Shown here: in pieces, positions 1-11,428 of the stretch | How positions within the stretch are numbered: the stretch's first letter is position 1 | Layout of the letters: each line of letters starts with the position of its first letter | Assembly (NCBI GenBank): GCA_050084515.1 | Contig: CM114271.1 | Coordinates: 14,508,001-14,572,000, forward strand | Source: Blasia pusilla | Lineage: Eukaryota | DNA: 64,000 nucleotides | Direction of reading: 5' to 3' | Position numbers and translations under genes: made by a program | The notes under the pieces: model-generated | Told to the model about the DNA's origin: nothing | The model's input: only the letters and a program-made list of their open reading frames with translations | Database searches by the model: none

Positions 1-840
1 TGCAGTGACATCTAGCACACGTAGGATCGTGCCGCTTGCTGTAAATACACGTAATCTCCACGATGAAACCTCCTAATCCCGGACGGGTGCGTTTAGGGTC
101 CGCGCCCATCCGCGTCCGTCAGCGCCCGTCGCCGCCCGTCTGTCGCCCGTTGCCGCCCGTCCTTCGCCCCTCGCCCGTCGCCGCCGCGCCCTAACCCTAG
201 ACCGGCCGCGACCTAGCTAGCCATCTTTACTTAACAGCCCCCCGACGGCTGCAAGACCCAAATCTTCTTTTCTTCTCTCTCTCAACACCCTCACTCGCGT
301 ACACCCGACGCCTACTCCGTACTACACTCTGCCGTTGTGCCCAATTCCTGTGCACAAAATCTGAGAAAAACGGACAGCACCAGCCCCCTGCCATCTTTCT
401 CATGTAAAAATAAAGAGAAGTAAAAACGGCACACCCCGCCTAAAACTCCACTCCTCAATCTACATCGGCATATCGAGCCTCGTCCACCCTGTGCTATCAA
501 GGAATCCAGACGCTAGCACCCTAGTCCTAGCTTACACACATACAAGGGAGGTGCTCCAACGGCCCAACATGAGAAAGATGGCTTAGGAAAGCCATCTTCC
601 TCTCTTATATAGGGTTGGGAAGAGCCAAAAGGCTCTTCCCCTAGAAATAGCCCTCCCCTTGGTAGCCTGCGCGCACAGGTTACTAGGGGCGGGTGACCTG
701 GTCAACAAGTCACCCGGCTGTAAAAGATCTCAACATGAAAGTTATCAAAAACGAATGGACCTATCCTCAACCTCATCCGACACCATGGGACAAAGCTACA
801 CTCAAGATAGTCCGCTGGCTCCTACGCCCTATCCACGATA
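1..840 (-). mobile_element. Internally deleted copy (E0) of the split-repeat Gypsy-type family: 5' repeat A1, self-primer site and 5' UTR fused to a post-integrase fragment
   Basis: Minus strand begins TATCGTGG at 840 (cf. TGTCACG/TGTCATG family ends). TATA-like TATATAAG near 604-611. 567-582 is the perfect reverse complement of 390-405. 1-82 on minus translates PGIRRFHRGDYVYLQQAA, matching the post-integrase region of the other copies. Confidence 0.6.
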
Positions 841-3074
841 GATCTCGGCCTATCACCTGCTCAGATGTGAGCCGGGTTCCCGCATTCATGGGATTGGCGA
901 ACTTCTATCGGCGATACGTCAAGGGATTCAATTTGATTGCGAAGCCACTAACCTTGGTGACCAAGGTGGATCACGAGTGGCACCAGGGGGATGAGCAAGA
1001 GCGAGCATTTCAGTTGCTCAAGGAGAGGTTGACGTCTGCGCCCATCTTGAGGAGACCGATCAGGGGGCGTCCTTTTCAATTGCACACAGATTGAAGCATA
1101 TTGGGACTTGGAGCGGTGCTCACCCAGCATGATGATGAGGATAGAGAGTTCATGGTGGCTTGCGCTAGCCGCTCGAACAACGCTGCAGAGGCAAAGTACA
1201 ACTCGTATGAGGGTGAGTGCTTGGCTGCGGTGTGGGCTGTCACGCATTTCACGTGTTCCTTATTCGGCGACCCCTTTACCATCATCACTGATCATCAACC
1301 ACCGAAGTGGTTGATGGAGTCCGACAAGCTTACAGGGAAGCTTGCGAGATGAGCTCTGTTGTTGCAGGAGTATGATTTTCAGGTGGTACATAGACCTGGG
1401 ATGCTCAACCAAGATGCAGATGGGTTGAGTCGTAACCCATGCCCAAGTCAGCGAGATGCGACTGGAGCTTGATGGCATGGAGAGAGTGATGAGGAGTTGG
1501 TGCTAGGATGGCACGCGTCAGCCTATTTAGGCATGTTGGCTATGGAGAGCCATAGTGTGGAGACTTCGATGGCGAGGTCTAATGGAGAGTCCTTGGATCC
1601 CGAGGCCAGTGAGGAGACGACAGATGGCCGAGATATTCATGATGATGGAGTAGTCTTGGAGTACCTTCGTACTGGCAGCGATGCGAGCACTCTGGGTGCT
1701 AGAGAGCGAGATCGGATCCTACAACGGGCCAGACGGTTACGTTGGGAGGGGACACATGTTTTGAGGGTTTGGGAGGATGGCAAAGTACGCGTAGTGCCGC
1801 ATCCTTTGTAGAGAGCACGATTAGTGTAGCATGCCCACGAGGAGTTGGGTCACTTTGGGGTGAAGCGGACGTACAGCTTGCTCCAGATTCAGTATTGGTG
1901 GCGAGGCATGCAGACAGACGTTGAGCATTTTGTTGCCTAATGCATGGTGTGTGATCGGGTTCGAGCCTCATTCAATGCTCCGACTCCACACTTGCATCCA
2001 TTACCGATCATGGGCTTAGGGTATAGATGGAGTTTGGATTTTGCAGGACCTTTGCCTTTGACAGAGCGTCACAGTCGTTATGTGTTGGTGATGGTCGAGC
2101 ACTTCTCAAAGTGGATCGAGTTGGTTGCATTGCCTGACAAAGCGAGTGAGGGAGTAGCTTATGCCCTCCTCGAGAGAGTGCTGAGTCATTATGGCGCACC
2201 GGCTGAGGTGCTGACAGACCAGGGTACCGAGTTTCGGGGTGAGTTCCAAGTCTTGTGTGATCAAGCGCTAATCGACCACCGCAAGACTTCGCGAGATCAT
2301 CCCGAGGCGGATGGATTAGCGGAGAGAGTTGTGTAGACGGTGAAGAGGGGTTTACACAAGTATGGCTTGCAGAGAGATCACCTAGGAGATTGGGACCTCC
2401 AGTTTCCATGGTTGGCGATGGGATACAGATTCAGCAGGAAGGCATCCTTAGCGTCTTTTTCATCGTACTTGCTACTTTATGGCCGAGAGCCAGATTTACC
2501 TATGGCCATTCATCGAGATGCTAGTGAGGTGATGGACCTTGATGACCCACATGTATGGGTGCGAGCATGTTCTTTGAGGGCTGAGTTGTTTTGGAGAGTG
2601 ATGCCCATGGCGCTCGAGAACTTGGCGATTGTGCAGCATCGGGATACGTTGAGGTATGCGACTATTTGGGGTGGTGATTATCGACCAACTATCTGGAGGT
2701 TTCATCAAGGAGATTATGTCTACTTGCAGCAGACAGCACCGACGACGTTGGATGTGACTGCAGGGCACACTATCTTGAGAGTGCGTGACATTTTGCCATC
2801 TGGTGTTCTCTTGCTGGAGGGACGCGATGGGTTGGTATGGAAGGACCATGTGCGTAATTGTGCACCATGTCACCTTCCTAACATTGATGGTACAGTGGAT
2901 CCGAGCTTAGCAGTAGTTCCTGCAGGCTTGCGTTGTATGTTGTGTGGTTCTGCCCGTGGTGCGGTCACGATGCTAGTCTGTGATGGTTGTTCGAGAGGTT
3001 GGCATATGGCATGTCTGACAAAGCCTCTCACTAGGGTTCCTCGGGGACGATGGATGTGTCCCAGATGTACATAG
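841..3074 (+). pseudogene. pol: pol remnant: RT connection/RNase H, DDE integrase, PHD finger (2934-3068)
   Basis: One frame broken by stops. C4HC3 motif CMLC...CDGC..WH..C...CPRC at the end. Confidence 0.92.
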
Positions 3075-3260
3075 AGGAGATACTAGATAGGTTTCGATCC
3101 CGACTTTTTCTCTAACATGGATGAGAGGAAGGCGACTAACGATGGGGCCACATGAACACCCGACCTTCTTGCTCTTAGCGTCCGAGAGATGTATGTCATG
3201 GTAGGTAGGGATAGATGGTTATCTGGAGTAAGTGGGACCTAACCACCAACTAGGGGGGTG

Positions 3261-3388
3261 ATTGGAGATATTTTGGTACTTCTTATCTCGTTGTTTGGAT
3301 GCCATGAGTTAGCATGGGATCGTGCGTGTTTGTGTGTGTGTTCAGTGACAGTGATGTATGTTGTGTAGCAATGTGTATGTGCACGACA
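3261..3388 (+). repeat. Repeat B1 of E1 (128 bp), copy of 3906-4033
   Basis: ATTGGAGAT...GCACGACA occurs at both positions. Follows the purine tract TAGGGGGG at 3251-3258. Confidence 0.95.
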
Positions 3389-3390
3389 GT

Positions 3391-4033
3391 TGTCACGTCC
3401 TTTAGGATAGATCGGTGAGATCTAGTAGAGTGTCTTCAAGAGTAGTGGAGAACAGGCCTAGGAGGTCGAGGATGACGTGCTGAGGCCCCGGGAAACCTGA
3501 GAGAGCAGGTTTTCCCTTCGTTTTGGCTCATTTGGAGCCATATTGAAGAACTTGCTATTTTAGGCAAGTACTATTTTGAGTATATGATCGACTTTCTATT
3601 TTTGGTTAGCGACCCTTGATCTCCTACATCAGGTCAAGAACCAAGGAGGTGACTTGGGAGAATAGGTTACCATGGAGAGAGCTTGGGAGAGGGGAGGGGT
3701 ATATATCCCAAGGAGAGAGAGCTTGAGAGCTCATTCTCTCTTTGTTGAACCTCTTGGCATGAGGCGGCGGAGCTATGGTCCCTTGCCTTGTGAGTGTAAC
3801 CCAAGCCTCTCATTAGGAGAGTGGGTTTGGTTTGACATGAGAGAGAGTGCACACCTTTGAGAGCTATGGTGTGAGATTGTGTAGAGAGAGATTAGATCTT
3901 ACTTTATTGGAGATCTTTTGGTACTTCTTGTCTCGTTGTTTGGATGCCATGAGTTAGCATGGGATCGTGCGTGTTTGTGTGTGTGTTCGGTGACAGCGAT
4001 GTATATTGTGTAGCGATGTGTATGCGCACGACA
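3391..4033 (+). repeat. Terminal repeat A2+B2 of E1 (TGTCACG...CACGACA)
   Basis: Near-identical to 21305-21948 and similar to 22931-23574. TG...CA ends; TATA-like TATATAT near 3700. Confidence 0.95.
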
Positions 4034-6400
4034 GTGGTCCTACCAATCGGGCATACGAGATGGTCGACCGGGGTAGAGGATAAGGTTGCACGATTTAATA
4101 GCAGAGTTTAGGAGTTGGTGCGACTCCCAGCGCGCCAGGAACTCTAGAGAGTTAAACCCATTTATAGCATGGAACAGTATGTTTCATAATTTAGAGGGGG
4201 CGCCCATGGACGATTACCATGAGTTCTCTCAGAGATATGCACGTGAGATCGAGGCATGGAGGCTCTACTATGACCTTCATTATGTGTCATGGACGGAGGC
4301 ATTCCCAAATGAGGAGGAGGAGTCAGGAGAGGCTACTTTCTCTTCCACTAGTGACGTCTTAGGAGGGGTCACTCACACATGAGCACTTGCACCGTCTAGT
4401 CGGGTTCGTCCCAGGTTCAACCCTGTGGTTGAGTTCTTTGCTGAGTCGAGGGCGAGCTACCAGGGGGTACGGACGGAGAAGTTGCGGAGCATCCACGACT
4501 TCTAGAGGCGCCCGGGTGAGAGTTTGCGTGAGGCTTACACTCGCTTGCGCCAGTTGATCAATGTCACTCAATGGGTGACAAAGGCTTAGGCTATCCAGTC
4601 ATAGTACGCGATGCTCCAACGGACCTTGAAGATACGGGTTCGGGAGGGGGTGCTTCTTATGAACATCTCCCGTTGAGAGATGTTTTTAGGACTACCGAGA
4701 ATATTGAGCGCAACATGGCGGAGGAGAGCGTAGCCACCATGGGTTTTGGGCGAGAGCAGTCGTGATTGTCTACAACAACGTAGACTCCGAGATAGGTCGA
4801 CTGTGGCACCACGAGCTCAGGGAGGGTATCAGGAGGCCGTGCCACAAAGACCTATGCCTTCATATGTGGCTGAGCAATAGTCGCCTATTATTACTTGTTG
4901 GTCATGTGGTGGAGTCCATCATCAACACGATTGTACTCGTCAGGGTCATGGACGTGTGCCTTTGCATGGAGGAGGAGATGGTGTTGCACCAAGAGGTTAT
5001 CAGTGTGACTCTTGTGAGAGGTATGGTCATACACTCGCGAGATGTTTTAGTTTACATCTTGAGTTACGTCCATACCGAGGGCTAGAGAGGGCACCAAATC
5101 GAGTAGCCCGTCTAGGTGGGCCTAGAGATCGTGCACTTGGTGGTCCCGTTAGGGGACAAGGAGCAGGAGTTGCCCAACAGGGTGGTAGACCTGCCCGTGG
5201 AGGAGGTAGAGTACCACCACCTAGACATGCCGAGGGAGACATCAGACATGAGGCTGCGATGGCTGCTCAGATACAACATCTACATGAGCATATTGCCACT
5301 ATGGCATTGACGTTATCCGATGCCGGATCCATGTCATCGACATCATATGGAGGTGGCAAAGATATGCAGGATCCTGGTTGGATGTGCGGGGTTGCCCAAA
5401 TGGGGGCCGCCATAGTTGTGAAGCGTGGAGCAACCGCAGAGTTGGATCCAGAGCGAGGGAAAGCCAGAAAAAAGACTAAGCTTCCTCAGTCTTTCACGTT
5501 GTCCAAAGCGATGCGGACCACATTGATGGGTCCTCATCAAAGTTCCTGGAGAGTTGGTGATATTGTTGGTGTGCACTCTTGGAGGGCGATGGGAGAAGCG
5601 AGTGCGACGACTCCTATTTTTGATCCTTAGGAGGGGCACGCGTCGAGCACGTTGTTGGGGGCGGCTAGTGTTGTGTACCGCACTCCTTTATTTTCTGCTT
5701 CCGATGTTGTGACGTTGGGGGTGACGCCCGCCAAGGGTTTTTGGCTGGCCGCTTTACTATGTGAGCGCGGAGTTGGAGTTCTTGCATCACGTTCAGAGGT
5801 GATTGCAGAGGAGGTGATGGACTTGCCCTTGGAGCGGATGCTCAGGCCATCCACGTGAGATTCATGGCAAGCTGCGGGTGCTAGGATGGCGGAGATGCCC
5901 GCTAGAACCGCGATAGAGCGTGCCATGGCTTCTCCTGGTGTTTTGTTGTTGGATAACCAAGGAGATGTCTTCTAGTTGGTGAGTCCCGGAGATAGAGCTT
6001 TTAGTCTGCAGCACGTCTTGTTGGATTCAGGAGGGCAGCCCTTGATCTTAGGGAAAGCGTCATTTAGAGGATTGGGCTTGACGAGAGCCAATGTCGAGCA
6101 TTTTCCATTCCGGATATAGACATCCTTGGGTGGAGTGAGTACCATATAGTTTATCACCCGATATGAGGTCATGGTGAGGATTCTCCCTGAATACCCTATA
6201 GATGAGTCCGTGGTGCGAGCCAAGGCAATAGTGACTGATGCAGAGTCCTACGACGTCTTGGTTGGTGGAGCAGTGTTATATTCGTTGGGGTTTTCCCTGG
6301 ATTACTAGGAGGATTCAGCGTCCTATAGACGAGGATGGTAGTCAAGTGATGGGCGCCTTAGCTCATTACCTGTTCAATTCACCGGTGCAGTGATCGAGCG
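4034..6400 (+). pseudogene. gag-pol: gag (CCHC knuckles, RGG-rich) and aspartic protease remnant of E2
   Basis: CDSCERYGHTLARC near 5003-5044. Protease HVLLDSGGQP with DSG at 6024-6032; YDVLVGG near 6249-6269. Confidence 0.8.
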
Positions 6401-6737
6401 ACGGCCAAGAGAGGTGGAGACCTTAGTAGCATTTAGCGATGCCATCACTTGGCCTAGTGATTTGATTGAGGGACATGTCCATGCACAGGATACTCCCGTT
6501 CCTAACATTTCTATGGAGAGGAGTGTTATGGTAGCTGCATCATTCCGTGGAGGAGAGGTGCCGTTGTGGGGCTCAACTGAGGAGCTTTGACGATTGGCAG
6601 ATGAGCACGTGCAGACCGCGTGGAGCGAGGCATTTGCACGGAAGTATGACGGGTCAGAGGAACCCGAGGTAGCAGGGAGTGCAGCGATAACACCCTTGGA
6701 TACCACACCCATTGAATGGTGTATCCCGGAGCAGGGT

Positions 6738-7433
6738 ATTCGAGTATTAGATCTCTTTGTAGGGATTAGCACTAGATTAGCTGCTATTTTGTAGGAAGGA
6801 GTGCGAGTGCAGTAGTACCTGTATGTGGAGAGTGATAATGTTGCGAGGCGCATCTCACTACAACATATGGCGCAATTACGCCTAGGTTTTCCATACTAAT
6901 TATTTGCGTTCGCGGTACAGGGGTACCAGAGTTTCCTACTGAGAGATAGTTCGTTGTTGGGGGCGCAAGACTTAGAGCGGATAGGGAAAATTGATTTGGT
7001 CATTTCCGGTTGGCCATGTCAAGGCCAATCAAGTGTTGGACGAGGCAGCGGGTTGGCTGACACTCAATCCAGGTTATTTTGGGAGATGTTGAGGGTCTTA
7101 CAACAGTTGCAGGAGCACCAGTCTCGTTCTCCAACCTACATTCTCGAAAATGTGCCGATCTTAGGAGACTCTAGGTCACGGGTGGTGACGAGTGCTCATC
7201 AAGTGCGTGCCTGGATTGGCCCAACAATGTTCTTGGATGCGGCAGTGTAGGTTCTAGAGCCCATCGCCCGCGTCTATGGTGGACCAACTTGGTGCCCCAT
7301 GCGGTGCTAAAAAGGGCGTATGCAAGAGTGGAGCGCCCCTTCCATTTGTTAGTGGATTCCATTCTAGATCCAGGTTGTCGATCACAAGCCATGAGGCACG
7401 ATGATTGACCACCGATGACTATGGTCAACAGGG
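6738..7433 (+). pseudogene. DNMT3-like C5 cytosine methyltransferase domain of E2, N-terminal part (motifs I-VIII)
   Basis: IRVLDLFVGIST (motif I), IDLVISGWPCQG (IV), RLFWEMLRVL, YILENVP (VI), DAA..GSRAHRPRLWWTNL (VIII). Collinear with the DNMT3 catalytic domain. Confidence 0.88.
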
Positions 7434-7729
7434 TGTGGAAAACCGCTAAACAAGCATAACTGGTGGAAAACGGCTCTCACACACACACACACCACCATGG
7501 AGAACAAAATTTGTAATGAGAGAATGAATGGAGGCTGGTCCTCTTCTCAATTATATAGGATATGTATCCTTAACCATAGTCTCAAGTTAGTCTAACTGTG
7601 ATTAACTAACCCTAGTTAAAATAATCATTTTTAACTGACTAACCAAGATTAAGCTTCCCTATTTCGTATGAGTGCCAAATGTAGCAGTTCAGGTGTCTCA
7701 TAAGCTTGATTGTAATTCAATCTTCAATA
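7434..7729 (-). repeat. Copia 3' LTR
   Basis: Direct repeat of 19231-19540; adjacent PPT TTTGAGGGGAG on the minus strand. Confidence 0.93.
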
Positions 7730-7740
7730 CTCCCCTCAAA

Positions 7741-10700
7741 CTCATATCAATATCTTTAACGCCTAAATCCTTTCTAAACATCTCAAACTTATCTATAGAC
7801 AATGCCTTTGTAAAGATGTCATCAATTTTCTGATTTGTACTTATATACACAAAATCAATTTCTCTTGCAAGCACTTGCTCTCTAATAAAATGATAATGCA
7901 CCTCTACATGCTTTATACGAGGATGAAACACAAGGTTATTAGCAAGCTTGATGCTACTAATATTGTCTGCATATATTACACTAGGTCCTAAGTTACTAAC
8001 ACCAATCTCAACAAGTAATCGATGAAGCCACACCGCCTCACATGCTGCATTGGTTGCTCCTCTATACTCAGCCTCTGTTGAAGATAAAACAACTGTAGGT
8101 TGCTTCTTTGAAGCCCAACTTATAGCTGCGCTTCTCAAAGTAAATGAATAACCAGATGTGGAGTGTCGATCAGACACGCTTCCTGCCCAATCAGCATCTG
8201 TGAATCCCTATTATTGAAAACTCAAAGAAGGTTCAAATTAAAGCCCGAATTGAATAGAGAATTTCACATACCGCATAATCCTCCTCACAGCATCAAGGTG
8301 AGGTTTTTGAGGTGCTTGCATAAACTGGCTCACTAGGCCAACAGCATAGCTCAAATCTGGTCTGGTTATAATTAGATAGATCAAACTTCCAACCATACGC
8401 TTGTACATATTAGAATCTGCAAGCAGCTCTCCTTCATCCATTTTTTAGATTCACGCTCTGGTACAACGGTGTAGAGATTGGTTTACAAGCGGTCATACCA
8501 TATTTTGAAAGCATATAAAGAGCATATTATCGTTGTAGTAACCACATGCTCTCTCCAACCTTGATAAACTCAATACCAAGGAAGTACTTGAGTTCTCTCA
8601 AGTCCTTCATATCAAATTTTGCTTGTAACTTAAGCTTGATTTGTTGTACCATTTCTTCAGGACTCCCAGTAATCAAGAGATCGTCAACATACAACACAAT
8701 GAGAATTGTATGATCTTGTCCTCTCAAGACATATAACGAGGAGTAAGAATCACATACCCTAAAATCCAACTCTTGTAGGACGTATGTAATCTTGCCATAC
8801 CAAACTCTGGGAGCTTGTTTGAGCCCGTGTAGAGCTTTCTTCAACCTGCATACGCAAAATGGAAACTTGGGATGCTCATATCCAGGTGGTTGAATCATAT
8901 ATACCTCCTCGTATAGATCTCCATTCAAGAAGGTATTCTTGACGTCTATGTGATGTAATCTCCACTTCTTACTCACTACAACTACAACCACTGTTCTCAC
9001 AATCGCCATCTTTGCAACATGGCTAAATGTTTCCTCATAATCGATACCATATTGTTGTGCATATCCCTTAGCCACCAATCTTGCGTTGTATCTGTTAATT
9101 GTACCATCTTGATTGCGCTTGATTTTGTAAACTCATTTGCAACCAATAGCTTCCTTACCGAAAGGTATATCAACCAGCTCCCATGTTTGTTGATGTCTTA
9201 ATGCAGCAAGCTCTTCGTCCATAGCTTCAATCCATTCGGCTTTACTCACAACTTCTTCAAAATAACTCGGCTCCTGCTCTTGAAGGGTAGTCATCATATA
9301 TGCATGATGTGTCACAAGGAAACCGTCATTGATGAGTCTATGAACTGGATGTATAACTCTACTTGATCTACGAAGTTTTTGTTCAGAGGTAGATGCTTTT
9401 GACACCTGACTCGAGCTTTGACTAGTGTCAACAGACTGAATATGTACTCTTCCCGTCCGTGAACTCACAGATTTAATGGATGAATCTAGGACCTCTCCCA
9501 ATCCTCTACTAGTACTTGGGAAGTTGAAGACAATGTCTGTTGGTTTATAGTCATATTCTCCATCTCAATAGACAAGTTTAGAGATGAAATAAGCTCAGAT
9601 GGAGCATACCATGATGTTAGCTCATCAAAGACAACATCTCGACTAATAATAAGCTGCCTAGAGGATGGAATGTAGCACTTATATCCCTTAGTTCCATCAG
9701 CATAGCCAATGAAGATACATCTTTCAGACTTGGGGTCTAATTTCTAACGTCTCTGAGAAGGAACATGAGCATAACAGATATAGCCAAATACTTTCAAGAA
9801 TGAAAAATCATCTTTACTTCCTGTGAAGACTTCGAATGGAGTTTTATCATGAACTCCTGCTCTTGGAGTTCGATTGATTAAGAAGACTGCACATGCTACA
9901 GTCTCTGCCCAATAAACCTTAGGTATGTTCTTCTCATTCAGCATAGCTCGTGTCGCTTCAGGAATAGGTCGATTTTTCCTCTCAGCCACTCCATTTTGTT
10001 GTGGGGTGTAGCGGCAAGTCACTTGACGTTGGATGCCATTCTGACGTAAATAGTCATCAAACTCTGTTGAAAGATACTCTCCTCCTCCATCACAACGCAA
10101 TTTCAGAATGTGTTGTCCAATCTGCTTCTCTACTAGAACTCTGAATGTTTGGAACATTGAGAATACCTTTGAGTTGGCTTTCAAAAAGTATACCCATATA
10201 TACCTAGAGAAGTCATCCAAAATATGAAACAAAGTACTGGAAACCACTAAGGCTCTGTTGTGATGTTGTCCACACATCACTGTGGATCAACTCCAATATC
10301 TTGGATGCTCTTCTACCTTACTTTGGAAAAGGAAATGTAGCTTGTTTTCCAAATTGGCAAGCAGGACATACCTCTAACTTAGCAAGACTCGCTAATTTAG
10401 GGAGTCCTACTACTATATTAGATGATGAAAGACTCTGTAATCTTTGAAGATTCATATGTCCAATTCTTTTATGCCACACATTTAGATCTGTGACTTGTTG
10501 GCCGGTTTGACCATACATTGTTGTTTGAATCTCTGGCATAGAAACATCTAATTTGAACATTGTGCTAGATCTAGTTCCTTTGGCTATCGTAGTCTGGTCA
10601 TCCATTGTTTCAATGAAACAACCATCTGCGTTAAACTTCACTTGATAACCCTATTCTACTATCTATCCTACAGAGATCAGATTTCTTGCAATGGTAGGAA

Positions 10701-11100
10701 CATAGAGAACATTTCCAAGAGCACAAAGACCATCTTATGGTATTCGAACGTTATCGGTATGCCTGATATGATATAGAGTGTCATCTCCTATGAGCACAAT
10801 TGCAGGATCTTTCACCGGCTCCAAACTACTAAACCATTTCGCTTGTAAGGTCATGTGATTTGATGCACCAGAGTCAATGTACCAATCTGCTGTCGAGTCT
10901 TTCTTGACCATTGCTTCCATATGATGAGTCATGACCAAGAGATGCTCCGTTTGTGAATGTTGTTGTTCTTGGTACTACTCTTGGTGTTGTTGCTCCATAT
11001 AGTTTTGTTGCTGTAAGGCTCCTATTCTCATATCTGCCTTCTTCTTGAAGGAAAACTTTGCAAAGTGATCTTTTATCCCACAGTAATTGCAAGATCCAGG
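7741..11100 (-). pseudogene. pol: Copia pol remnant (knuckle, protease, GAG-pre-integrase, integrase, RT, RNase H)
   Basis: [68 protein letters not shown] in Copia order. Frameshifts and stops. Confidence 0.93.
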
Positions 11101-11103
11101 AAC

Positions 11104-11416
11104 CCTTATATAGGGCTGTAGTGTCTAGGTAGAGATGCAGTTCCATAGATAGGGTTGGGGATTACTCTGTTGAGGGTGACTTTTCTAGTAGGGCCCGCTC
11201 TTAGGTAGGAGGATATAGTATCCAGTGCACTCAAAGAACAGTTAGTTCTTTGAGTAGAGCGTGTTGCGTTGAGAATTAGCCTTGGTAGTGAGTTGAGCTC
11301 TTGGCTATGGTGATTCCCGCAAGCTTCGACCTGGATTCTCCCATTGTGGAGTGGGTTTGGCTCGATTGTATGTGATTGTATACCCGTTTAATGACAATAG
11401 GTCTTTCACGAATTTC
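11104..11416 (+). repeat. 5' repeat A1 of E3 (no B segment follows)
   Basis: Aligns with 17998-18310 and stops exactly where B2 starts in the 3' copy. Confidence 0.9.
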
Positions 11417-11428
11417 ACTCAAAGAACT
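11417..11428 (+). promoter_or_regulatory. Putative self-priming primer-binding site
   Basis: ACTCAAAGAACT is the exact reverse complement of AGTTCTTTGAGT (11244-11255), which lies about 30 nt after a TATA-like GATATAG. Confidence 0.65.

Larger units (their letters stand above)
841..4033 (+). mobile_element. Gypsy-type retrotransposon E1, 3' part (RNase H-integrase-PHD, then B1-A2-B2)
   Basis: pol motifs RPFQLHTD/LGAVL/YEGECLA, HHCC, WSLDFAGP-LTDQG-GLAER, C-terminal PHD. Terminal repeats 3261-3388 and 3391-4033. Confidence 0.92.

Noticed and set aside
3132-3260. Ribozyme or tRNA-Glu-like similarity of the conserved 3' motifs
   Set aside because: No hammerhead, HDV or twister core could be built; the tRNA resemblance is short and imperfect.
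4034-4050. G-TGGTCCTACC after the repeat read as a tRNA PBS (tandem elements sharing an LTR)
   Set aside because: No tRNA match recognised and the sequence runs on as gag-like coding; better explained as E1 inserted into E2 gag.
6738-7433. Host DNMT3/DRM gene or bacterial restriction-modification MTase
   Set aside because: Intronless, inside pol at the same position in three copies, with no partner nuclease.
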